Below, one piece after another: positions 52,019 to 64,000 of a DNA stretch of 64,000 bases. The DNA comes from Auanema rhodensis. Taxonomy: Eukaryota; Animalia; Nematoda. The translations under genes and the position numbers were made by a program. The DNA is taken from the NCBI GenBank assembly GCA_964057225.1, contig OZ059899.1, positions 6,386,001 to 6,450,000 of the forward strand, in the 5' to 3' direction. Under the pieces are notes generated by a model. That model was not told the DNA's origin. It saw only the letters and a list, made by a program, of their open reading frames with translations, and made no database searches. How positions within the stretch are numbered: position 1 is the first letter of the stretch; every line of letters begins with the position of its first letter.

Positions 52019-54620
52019 AAATACATATATAAATATAAATATATAAGTATTATCTGTTTTTAATTTTCATCTGTTCAAATAACTATTTAACTTTGATGAA
52101 CACCTCTCTCTCCCCCACTTTTCTCTACTTTCCTCATAAAAAAAATGAGAGGAAAGCATGGAATATTTGCTAAATTCTTCTTATTTAATGAACTTTCGAT
52201 CTATATACTATCTTTATAATCATCTTTCAATTTAAAAAAAAACAAAACAGTCATGGTTTAAACTATTTTCTATTTAATTTTAAAGTAAAAATATGTTTGT
52301 AATCGATAACAATTTTATAAACACATTAGCTAATATACTTCCTTAATCATCTAAAATAATGATTAACAAAATAAAATAAAATGAAATATAGAGATATATT
52401 TATATAAAAATCTGAAAAAAATTTATTTAATAAAGCAACACATCAACACATTTTTATTTTATATTTAAAGATATAATATTCTTTTTGATTGATAATATTA
52501 AAAAAAGTTATGATTATAAATACTTAGTAATATAATCAGAAAGATCATAAGAAATAATTTGAATGACGTTCATATTTTGACAAAATTCTCTTAAAATTGC
52601 TTTAGTTGGCAATGAACTCCGAGTCTTTAAGCCTTATCAATTTTGAGATTTTCTTATCAAGACAGGAAAAGAAAATTCTTTTCTCTCGTTATATCACCTA
52701 GACTACCTCCCAGCTGACATATTTTTCATTTTTTAATTCAAATATGTTATATGGTATTCATCAAAATTAATACAAACATTATTGAATGTTTAACATATTA
52801 TATCATTAATATATAATTTTTCTAAGTTTATTCGAACTCATTATTTTAAGAAAATTATTTCTTCATTCAAATATTTTTTTTTACAAATTCTAATGTTTAT
52901 TTAGATATATATGTTTAATCATTTGATGTCAAAAGCTTATGATTTACAAAAAAAAAGTTTTTATCATTTTGAACAGATTTATAAAATTTATAATAATAAT
53001 AATGAAAATAATATATAAATACATTTCATTCAATTATATATATATATATATACAGCTATTTCTTTAATATTATTATTTTCTTTATATATTATATTAATTA
53101 TATCCTAACTAACTACTATTCTTCATTCTATATATCCAATAACAACACAAAAAATTCCTGTCTTCATGCTTGATGTAGTCATTTTCATATAATAAACAAA
53201 AAAATTGAATCTAATATGTTTGTACTACATGTAACTATACAAGTAAATACTCATTATATTGTATTATTCTTCTTATTTTCTTTAAATATAATACTATTTA
53301 TCATTTTTTTGCATTTTTCTTAATTCATACTGTATATTCAATAACTAATCACTAATCTATAGTTATATTCATCTGTTCATATGAAAATATTAACTTATCT
53401 TTTTGTTGAAAACTGCTATAATAACACTAATTATAAAACTATTTTTTTTACTATTTTTGATAACATTTTCACTCTCTACGAGATCCTGTTAGGATTTCCA
53501 CAGCTTGAACATTTTTATCTCTCTAAATCCCATAATTCGTTTTTCCTGATATTAGCCTCAGATTGTAATCTCATTAAAGATTAGCCTTAATGAAAACAAA
53601 CGATTTTTTGGCCTATATTTCAGATGTATTTTCAACAAGAGATGTATGAGATTCAAATTTTCTCATTTTTTCATGAAACAATATACTGGCAACCGGAAAA
53701 ACAACCGACCTTCATGACAACCCTCATTTGAAAAATAAAATACAGACTAACTTTTGTCTAAAGTTCAACAAAAGTTTGCAACCTAATTTCTCTTTTAAGC
53801 ATTCAGAATAGAAACAATTTAATATTTGTTGAAGTTTCAGTCTATTTTTGACATAAATTATTAGAATAGTTTGAAATTTGGTCAAGTAACAATTTTTATT
53901 ACTAAAGGTTTAAAAATGCCCATGATTATCGGATATTGTTACTATAGTTTATGTATTAAATAGGTCATTTTATATTTAGTACTTCATTTTCTAACAATTC
54001 ATACATGTTTTATTCTTTTATTTTTGAACATTAATAATATTATACAATTATTTTTAAATTTATACTGTTAATACTAATTATTGAATGATTTCTTATAATA
54101 TTATATTCAATTTCTCTTCAAAAATATTAATAGATATGTGCTAAATATGAATTTAACTATATGCTTATGAATATATAACTATTCTCTAATATCCATATTG
54201 TTTCTTTTCGGTTTTGCAAACTCGGTTGAAAAGATAGGATATAGCATGATGCCATATCCATATGAAGCGTGTAGCAAAAGCTTGCTGTCATGTGAGTTCT
54301 AACGAGGAGAGGAAGTAAAGAGGGATATTCTGAAAGGAAGAACATTCTTCCGCTTTTCTTTTTATTCTTGTCTCATCTCTGCATATAGTACCTTCTCAAT
54401 TTCCTCTTGTCTTTTTTTCTATTCTTTTACATATTTTCTTTTTCTCTCTCTTTGTCTTATATACAATCTTGTATTCCTATATTTCTCATTTGAGCACTAG
54501 TTGAAATAATCTTTTCATGTATCTTCATTTTCTCTCATATCCTTTTTAACATTTCTCTTTTTCTCTGGCTCTCTTTCTCTTTTTTCTCCCTCTCTGTCTT
54601 TCTCTTTTTCCTTCTCTCCT

Positions 54621-54623
<3 letters not shown>

Positions 54624-54716
<93 letters not shown>
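54624..54716. repeat. (TC)n microsatellite in a polypyrimidine block
   Basis: Perfect TC run of about 46 units; it explains the spurious (ER)n ORF 54515-54775. Confidence 0.97.
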
Positions 54717-54719
<3 letters not shown>

Positions 54720-55779
54720 ACATTCCTCTGAGCCCTCACTCTCTTTCTACTTTCCTGTTCTGTCTTTTTTCTCATTTATTCCTCTTCACTGCCATAGAAA
54801 TATGAAATGAAACTGGAACGAGAAAAAAGTGATTGAATGAGTTAGCAACGACGAAAACGATTCATTAATGAGTTGAACCTTCCTTTTCACAATTTGTTCC
54901 GAGTTTTTCTCATGCTTGTCAGTGTCAGTGAACCATGATAGTATTAACTAGTCAATTAGTCATTGAGCTTCATAAACGCAAAACAAGAACATGCTTGATA
55001 TTTGATTTCATTTTAATTTGAATTTTGAGAAAAAGGAAAACAAGTAGTTATAGAAGTTTACGTTTAGAAATACATATATGCATATACATATGTGAATATG
55101 TATGTATTTTGACATGTAAAGACATACATGTATGTATGTATAGTATATGTACATAGTATTTAATATATATATTTATGTGTCAACCAAATATTAATTTTAA
55201 GTTTTTGAAGTTATTTTAGAATCTCAATTTTAAAAAATTTTAGTTTTTGAGTACAGTAAATGAGAATTCTATGTTTTAAATTTGAGTATGATACGTCTTT
55301 CGCTTTAGCTTTAGCTGAGCTTTATACGTTGATGAATACAATTTTTGAAATTGTATCATTAAATTTTTAACTATATTAGTTTTAATTACGCTGAAAACTA
55401 ACTGTATATTAATTATTATAGAATTATAAAAAATCTTTTCTTTTTTTTCTCCAAATTTTGTGTATACAATGAAGTGTTTGCTGGATCCGCAGCTGAGCGC
55501 TATATCATTGGATTTCTACACAACGGCTGCAATTTGCTTGAATTTTTAAAAAGAAGAAGCCCATGACTTATTATGATAAATACAGATATATCATGAACGA
55601 AGACAAATTAAAACTCGAGAAAATGAATATTTTCTCGGAAAAGATCAAACATAGTAAAAGTGAAAATGGATTAAGTCTTCCATTCAGTCTTAATAGGAGA
55701 TATGTATTTGATCTGTGACAAAAATATTTTAGGCCTATGTGAGAGATATACAGATAAATATACTTAAAAGTAATATATT

Positions 55780-55781
<2 letters not shown>

Positions 55782-55827
<46 letters not shown>
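55782..55827. repeat. (TA)n microsatellite
   Basis: Perfect TA run. Confidence 0.95.
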
Positions 55828-55832
<5 letters not shown>

Positions 55833-57446
55833 TATTATATATATAATTTCTAGTTTCCGATTGAGAGGATTTCCTGTCAACTGCTTGAGACTTCATTACA
55901 TATCGTACTTAATTAACAAAAAATATTTTATGATTCCTTTTTACATTTGATAGTAAATCTTAAACTTTAAAAGAAAATATTATTTAATTTATAGAATATT
56001 AAATAATATAAAACTTTCTAACTTCTTAAAATACAACCGTTCACCTTAATTTATATCTTATAAATGAAATATACTGTTAGTAAGTATGTTAGACGTACGT
56101 CTATCTAACATTCAATATGCTAATAGAAGATAGGAAAAAGATAGAAGTGATCTTAGCTTGCCCACTAACTATATTGCTTTCAAGGAAAAAAAATAACATA
56201 GAAAGCAAATACTGCAAATCGAAGGTAATATTAGAATATTAGAATTGAACGATAAACAAAACCTCTTCATATATCGGTTAATATTTATTATATATTATAT
56301 TTTTCATTAAAAAAAAAGAATTCAATTTATAATATTAGTAACTAAATTATGGAAACAGATGATTTTAACTATATTCAATAAATATAATATACTTATTCTC
56401 TTAACTTTGTTCTAGAAAAATAGGAAACTAATTTTTAGGAATATTTTTTAACCCACACAAGGAAAAATATAATATAGTTTAAGCAATTACATGAACACTT
56501 TTGAACTTGTTGGTTTCTATTGTCCTTCTAGAAAATTACATTTATACATACATTTTCGTAATATTAATATAATGATATTTTTTAATAGTAAATTGAATAA
56601 TTGAAAATAACAATATCGTAATTCCAAAAGATTCTTCTCTTGTTCAATTATGTTTTTTTTATATTTTCTTTGTTATTTTGCTGAATATTGTAAATTGGAT
56701 AAGGTATGCTCATGTTTATCCTTGTTCACGTTTTCTCTCTCTATCTTAAAACGTCGATCTTGTAAACATTTTATATCTGCTTACATGTCTCTAACTATTT
56801 TGTTCATTAAGAGTGTTTCACGGATCTTATAGATTGATATGAAAGAAATACTTATAACTAAGCTTATTGAGAAGCAATTTCTAATTTTGTCTTGAGATCT
56901 TCTTCTTTCCTTACATACTTAATGTCAATCACATAGATCACCATATAGATTTTGTCTTTCATTAAACATATTCAAGCTTTAATTTCTTTGAAACTCTCCT
57001 TACTCTGCTCACTCTTCTCTTTTTCAATTCTCCCCTTCCTCTATATCAATTTCAATCACGATCCTTATTATTCTGTCGCTTACAATGCTCATTGATGCAC
57101 GAAGAAGCTACAATCTATGAAGCTCTTTTTCGGATTTCTGACTTTCAGTCGAATGCGAACGAGTTCACAATGTGACATCATCATGCTCTTTAGAGCTTCT
57201 ATCTCCCTACTCTCCACTCTTGTTCATTTCTATTAGCTTCTTTTGCCTATTTCAAGCTCTCGTCGTGTTTCTTTTTTTTCGCCAACTCTCTCTGCTTCAC
57301 CAACACATTCATCTTCTACTCTCTCGTTTCATATAATATTTCTTCAGCTTTCTTTCTTTCTCTAGACTTCCTTTTTCGTCACAAGGCCAGTTTCAGCTCC
57401 CAGAGCCAGCCTATCGATCGCTCCGCCCACTTCTTCGCCATACGGG

Positions 57447-60400
57447 ATGTGGCGCTCCGCCGTTGCGCTCCTTGCGCTATCTAGCGTAGCCCTACAGTCT
57501 GTAAATGCAATTGGTAAGTCTTATGATTATGATATTTGAAATCTTCGTAAAATTTCCGTTTAATAGATATATCTTATGTATAGTTTTTATCTATTAATAC
57601 TTGAGAAAATGTAGATAAAGCATGTAGGGACTTTGATGAAAGTCATTTCCATATGTTGTTAGTAGTTGATGAGCCCATTCAGTTATTTCAATCAACTTAT
57701 TCTGATGTTTAAGTTTAATATAAAAAAAAGAAAGGAAAACTAACATAATATGTACTTAAACTAATAGTTTTGATGTTTTTAAAGATTAAAATTAACAATT
57801 AACAGTTATAATATCCCTTAATTCAATTTATTCTGCTGATTTTTTAAGTTTTTTTTCTCAGAAAAAAAAAAAGAAAGTTTGAATGCTTGATCTATTAACT
57901 ATGTAGATAGTATTGTAAACGTTTTGTTTCCCACACAAATGAAAAATGTTTTTGGAATAAACAGAAAGCTGATAAAAACTTTTTTTGCAAAAAAAACCTT
58001 TTATTAATGTCTACAAAAACCTATTTTAATAAAAATTATAAAAGAATTTCATCGTCATCTAAGCTCATTTTAAATTTTTCCCTATTCAATGATCAGCATT
58101 AAAACATCATTAGCTTTTCCTTTGAATAAATGAAAACCGAATTGGGCTTTCGATGAAAAAAGTGCTCTTGTGTAACCAATCAGAGCACTTGTTGTAAATC
58201 CTTTGCTGAAAATTTTCATGAAAAAAAGCTGATCCCAAATAGAATTTTGAGGATTTCAAATGTATTTTTTCATATAAAATTATTTTACGTTTGTTTAATA
58301 TAAGAATGAAACGAGAGATACATGAATTTACTTATATAGCTGACGAGAATCTGAAATTTTAAATTATTTCCTTCATTTTTAATTATTGTATTATACTTTC
58401 TTGTTATTTAAAAATGTTGTTTTACCTTATTATTATTTTAAATTTTCTAACTATTAGTCATGAAATATTATTTTTTTATTATCGAAATAGCATATGATGA
58501 GCTCAGCCTATTTTGGCTAATTTTGATAAGTATCTTTGAGAAACAGTTGAAAATCCTATTAATTCCACAATGGGGTAAACCAATTAAAAGATTTCAACCA
58601 ATGTTCCAAATGAATCTTCGTTTATTCCTTTTTTTTTATTTTGATTACATTCTATTTCTATTTCTTATTTGTCTTCATGCAACAGCTTTCTGCTCATCAT
58701 CTTTAGTCTCTCTATCCTCATGTTTTTCATTGTTCTGATTAGAAAGTCAGCTATTGTGGTGAAAAAAATCCGACAAAAATAATAGAAAAATGGAAAAAGA
58801 AAGCTGAAATCCTTTAAATGTTTTACTAATTATCTAGCATTCTTCTTTTAATTTTGGTTAAACAATACTAAAGTGATGTCAACTATAGCACATAATTTGT
58901 TGTTTCATTCTCTCACTTCTTTTTGCACATCCATTTTGAAATTGATCTGCCAAACATCATGAAAATGGACAAAATCTCGATATAAATCTTGTCTTTTCAA
59001 GAAAAAAACATCTTCTATAGTCCACAAAATGATTACAAATTTGATTGAAGGTGTTCAGTTCCACTACGAATACGAGCCAGATTGTTAATACAACCAACTA
59101 AACATTCTTGAAGTTCTTTCTTATTTCCGATCATGTTTTCGAAGAAATGTTGACTAGGTGAAGGTTTTACTGGAGACAAGATAGAGCTTCATAATTTTCT
59201 GTTTTTCGGAGAACACATCAAAGTCAAAACTGAACTATAGCTTCGGCTTTAAACTGAAAAAAACTGAATCCGTATATGCACATCGAAAGAAAAAGTGCTT
59301 GAATATAGTATGAAGCTGGTTAAATTCCTTTCTATCATGAAACTTTTTCATTATATCAAGTTCTAATTTTCAATTCTCGCAGTATATTAATGTAATAACT
59401 TGCTTGTATATTACTCTGATATTAATCAAGATACAAGATGTTAAACTTAAAAAGTCTCAATGGTATACAATTCCAATTTATACTGATTAAGTACATATAA
59501 ATAAATATATATATGTATATATATACATATAATGTATAAAGTATATAATTTAAATCTTTTAATATTTTATAAAAAAAAATAAAAAATTTTTCATTTTAAA
59601 TTTAAAATGAAATTCACAATCATTATCAATGTAGTTAGTATAAACTTTTGAAAAAAAGTTATGATGTCATGTGAAAAGACTTTATATTCAATAAGCTTCT
59701 TTGTATATTCTTGCTTTCAACTGAAAATTGTGAGTTTACTGGATAGCGAGGAAGTAAGAGTAGATAAGATAAAAAGAAAAAGAAAAAGAAGAGAGGAAAT
59801 GAAGTAAAAATGAGATGAAGTGGTCTATAGGACAAAGTCAATTAGTACCTTAGATACAACATAATATATCCTTTAATTATTCAATTTTTGTTAAATAAAA
59901 ATGTTTCTTATATAAAGTATAATATTTTAAAATTTAATTTATAAAATGGATAAGAATATTCATAAAATAATGTTAATATGACTAATGAATAAGAACATCT
60001 TTTGATTAACTAACATTCTTCATATCTCCCTTGATTAAGAACAGTGTTTCAGCTTAATGTATATGTTGAAATGTTGCTGACATTCAAGCTTAAATGGCAA
60101 TAGAAACTAGAGAAAAACAAGATTTGAACTATAATCTAAGCAGAATAAGTTGAATAACATCATGAAATAGTAAATGTATGTACATATGTATACATCTACA
60201 TACATATTATCTACACATATATAGATATTTGTATGTTATACGTGTATAGTACTTTGACATATTAAAAAATAAGAATTAATATATTAATAATTTACATTTA
60301 ATATATAAATTTTGTATTTAAAGAATTTAAATTATATTTTAATATATTTAACAAATCTTTTTATTTACTAATTTGTATTGAAATTGAATTGTTGACTGAA

Positions 60401-63400
60401 TGCTTTCAAATTAATTCATTTGGTTGCTTTTCGATTTTCAGATGTTTTTGATTTTACGTTTATGTACATATACACATATATATTTTTCTCTCATTCTCAC
60501 ATATATGTATATTCATATCTATACATGTATTCGAGAGTTGTTTGATGATAACTAAAGAAAAAAAAATTCATGCTTGATGAAAATTGTTGGAATAAACAAA
60601 GTAAACTAGAAAAAATTCTTTTCCAACATATTCTGATATTTCATTTTTTTTTCTTATTTTTTTCGTATTTGCAGCATCAGAAGGGGGCTACGTCGCCGAG
60701 CCATGGCTCTACGATATCGAAAAGGATGCAAGACAAGAGGAACAGAGACCTATTCCAGAGGTAAATTATTTTTGCATAAAAGAAGACGGTTGAAATTATG
60801 CTCTGATGGATTAATATCTTATATATTATGAGTTGTAGGATTACGAGATGGAAGAGGTTTACCGTCAAGCTTTAAAATCTGATCCTAGTGAAGCTGTCTT
60901 GGAAAGTATTATCCAGCAAATTCAACAGCAACAACAACAGCAACAACAGTATCGTCCACAAGGTGAGTATGATCTTTGATGTTTTAACAGTTTTTCTATG
61001 AAAATGTCTTTAACTAATTACTCAAACTAGCAATTTTCGATTTATTCTTATGTAGAGAATACCTAATTGACCTAGTGCATACTGAAAGACTTTTAAAGTT
61101 CAATATGTTTAGCTTGATGCCCGCTTTTTGCTTTTCAATTTTTTAATTTAACTTTTAAAATTTTAAAATACTAATTTAAATATATAATGAATAATATTCA
61201 TTTTCAAATATAATGAGTATCATTTTCTATTTTTTTTTATTTATTTTTTGTTTGTTTTTATGTTGAAGTTAAAGTTTTGAAATGCAATATATCATTTCTG
61301 TTTATATCAATCGTAATAGAAGATTAACTGAAATGAAATAAACATATTTAAATCATTTTTAGAAAAAAAAACAAAAATATATAAATATATTTAATATTTT
61401 GTTTTTGGATACTATGTTTACAATGTGTTGCAAGTAGCCAAAGGCACTATTTTTAAAGTAAAAGGACAGATTTTGGAGCTGAGAGCCTATAATTATCTTT
61501 TTTTTTCTGAAAATATTTTTCAATGACGTAACATGAAATTATTCTTTTCCATGCACTTAGTTCCTTATGTGGTTTATTTCTAAAATAGATTTTTCTATCA
61601 GTACTTTTCCAGAATATGATCAACAATACGATCAGCCCGTTGAGATTGATCTCCAACAGGAGCCCTTGAAAGCAGACATTCCTGTTGATGAAATCAAGGA
61701 AGAGAAGCTTGCGCCTGCTCCTCAAAAAGCTGTTCAAGTTGAAGAGGTTTGCATTATTTTTTTTTGTGAAATGAAAGGATTAACGGTTTTTTAGGCTCCA
61801 AAGGAATCTGAAGATGTTAAAGCCGAACAGAAACCATTGGTAGCTCAGAAGAAAGGACAAAGTGAATATGTATCCTTTGTTGAACCAGTTGAATCAAAAC
61901 AGACAAAGTAACAGAATATTTTCAATTTTTAAAAAATATTTTCAATAATAGATCCGTGCCATCATTGGAAAAACGACGTTTGATGTCCTCGTCAGATGCA
62001 ACAAATTTTTATCCTAAGTACAGCAGTAGCCTTTTGACTATTGGTAAGTATATTCTTTTTTTGTTGAGTAAAAGGGGACAAATAGAAAAATATGTGGTAG
62101 TTCAGTAATATTTGTCGTTTTACTATAAACGAATAAAAATAGAATAAGAATTTGGCTTCTAAACCCTGACACAACCATACATACATGCATAGCTTCATGA
62201 ATCATCATTAATTCATGGAAAACTCCCAAAAAAAACTAAATAGATAGAAGAAAATGGTGATGAGAGCTGAAAAAAGGTAACAACTTTTTAAGGGAAGAAA
62301 GTCTCTTCGAGAAAAAAACTAAGAAGACGAAAACAAAAAAAAAAGAAAACATGTATACACAAATGTATACGATATGTTTTCTTTTTGTAAAATTTAAAGA
62401 AAGACTCTTCATTTACTTATTTATACTTTGAGTGTTACTTTATTTCAATCTCTGCTTTCTATCTCTCTCTTTTTTTTTATTCTCAGCACGCATTACTATT
62501 CAAATCATGAACCTTTCATTGACTCTGTTGCTTATTCCCATTTTGCTGGATTACGGTAATTCGTGGAATTGAGAAGAGATTGAGCATAAATACACTCAGC
62601 TTTCATTTCTCGTCATCGAGCTAAAGAATGATTGAGATGAAAGTGCCCAGAGCACAAATCGTTCACAATTGATTTTCTTAATATATATAGATATATGTCC
62701 TGAGGCGTTGTCATAAAACTCATGAAGAGCAGTTCTGGTCTCAACTTCATGAGAGCTAAAAAGAGCAAGAGGAGGGAGAGGAAGGAAATGATTCTCAAGC
62801 TCAAAAAGCAATTAAGCCAAACTCTGCTTAAACTACTAAAATTCTCGTTTACTAAAAATCGTTTATTAGCAATAGAAACACTTTTTTGTTGTTTTTTCTA
62901 TTTGAAAGAAGAATATTTGTCTCAGATTACTATGAGAATCTGTGTTTTTTCATCATTCTTATCCGTACTATTTTTCTGTTTTCCAACGTTGAACAACCAT
63001 ATAACTAAAAAAATATCCCTTCACTATTTCAACAAAAACATTTCTTCTACTTTTATTGAATACTAAAGCCTCTTGTTTGGTTGAAGGAAGGATGTGGACG
63101 TTGTGATGGTAGTTTGTAAGAGTCATTGTTGCTTTTGACACCAGATGTTTGTCACATTCTAAGATTACTAATATGAGCTTTCTCAACTATCCTCAAGCTG
63201 CCTCCTGCTCTCGTATTTTTCTCAAATTGCAACTCATTTATCTTTCACTTTCTGCTCTATTTGGAGGGAGCGAGCATCAAAAATGGGGGATATGATGAGA
63301 AGGAGAGAACACTCCCTGATCTAGTCTGGGAGTTGAAATTACAATTCTACATCTTTCATTGCTTCATTAATGTCTTTCAAACGTTTCTTTTATAATGTAC

Positions 63401-64000
63401 TCTTTGAGGGAATGTTCTTGACTGAAAATGCAAAAAAGGACATGAAACCAATAGGCTAAACCTCCGAAGAGATAGAAATATATTTGAATTTCGAAGCACT
63501 GAAACGAAATGAAGAGAACTAAGCTCACTCACTTGAATTAACAATTTTTTTGATTTACCGTTTGATTGAATAGAGAAAACTCTAAATAAAAAATATATCT
63601 AAGCTATGTATATAGTCTTATTTATTCAAAATGTAGAAAAGTCTAAAAGACCTTTCCAATCTCAAAACTGATATTAGTTTTAAACAATGAAACTTTTTCT
63701 CGTCAACATCTTTCGGATATAAAACTATTGAAAAATTGTTGAATAAAGCGTGGCAAAATAAACTTTCAAAGAAAAACAAAAATGAATTTTCAATTAGAAA
63801 ATATCAAAAACATTCCTGTTACTTTCAGCCGTTGGTACTGTTTTGGTTGTTGGAATGGTTGGAACCATTATTGGTGGAGGTGTCTATTTGAAGTAAATTT
63901 ATTAATTTTCACTGCAACACACAAAAATAAATGTTTTTCAGACGTAGACGTGATTACATAGATGACAGCGACTATGCTCCTTATGCTGGATCAGGTCCTG
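57447..64000 (+). CDS. cab-1: CAB-1 / NPDC1 family type I membrane protein (runs off the window end)
   Basis: Exons 57447-57513, 60675-60760, 60839-60962, 61613-61746, 61795-61907, 61952-62043, 63829-63892, 63942->64000, phases consistent. Signal peptide MWRSAVALLALSSVALQSVNA; acidic luminal region with QKKGQSEYVSFVEP; TM LLTIAVGTVLVVGMVGTIIGGGVYL; cytosolic KRRR..DYAPYAGSGP motif typical of CAB-1/NPDC1. TTTCAG at 57391-57396 is a possible trans-splice site. Confidence 0.88.
62487..62555 (+). other. Candidate alternative (cassette or internal first) exon of cab-1
   Basis: Long pyrimidine tract plus TTCTCAG acceptor and G|GTAATT donor. 69 nt, phase 1 to phase 1, stop-free in the cab-1 frame (ARITIQIMNLSLTLLLIPILLDY), with an ATG at 62507. 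Confidence 0.5.

Noticed and set aside
54515-54775. (ER)n-rich ORF
   Set aside because: Translation of a (GA)n microsatellite.
58160-58190. 9-bp inverted repeat AAGTGCTCT/AGAGCACTT around a CCAAT box (similar one at 62719-62753)
   Set aside because: Too short for a miRNA or MITE, with no target-site duplication; plausible by chance.
1-64000. tRNA, rRNA, SL RNA, transposase/RT ORFs, telomeric arrays, CRISPR arrays
   Set aside because: None recognised by eye. GTTCGA occurrences lack cloverleaf context, and TTAGGC/GCCTAA occur only singly. Short non-autonomous elements cannot be excluded without a repeat library.

Overview
AT-rich eukaryotic DNA, very probably a rhabditid nematode: TTTCAG/TTTTAG acceptors, many 42-50 nt introns and nematode-type orthologues. 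The unspliced ORF track is mostly noise, so I reconstructed gene models by hand from splice sites. Four protein-coding genes: (1) an FNDC3 orthologue (+, 23971-32156, about 27 exons, about 1250 aa, FN3 array plus C-terminal TM anchor); (2) a PA-TM-RING E3 ligase of the RNF13/RNF167 family (+, 41945-44151); (3) a small BRICHOS-like gene missed by the ORF track (-, 44876-48121); (4) the 5' part of a cab-1/NPDC1 orthologue (+, 57447 to the window end). The strongest non-coding signal is a GC-rich, highly base-paired island at 41318-41609. On the minus strand it reads as an RNase MRP RNA (P1, P2, P3 and the bulged-U P4 GUCCCCG/CGGGGC). It sits antisense in the 5' region of the RNF13-like gene, lacks an adjacent T4 terminator, and has a 3' trailer that can compete with P1. 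Other leads: a PAM2-like motif at the FNDC3 N-terminus, in-frame alternative exons in FNDC3 and cab-1, and about 24 kb of gene-free, motif-rich DNA upstream of FNDC3. No transposase, tRNA, rRNA or CRISPR array was recognised. All homology calls come from remembered family features, not database searches.
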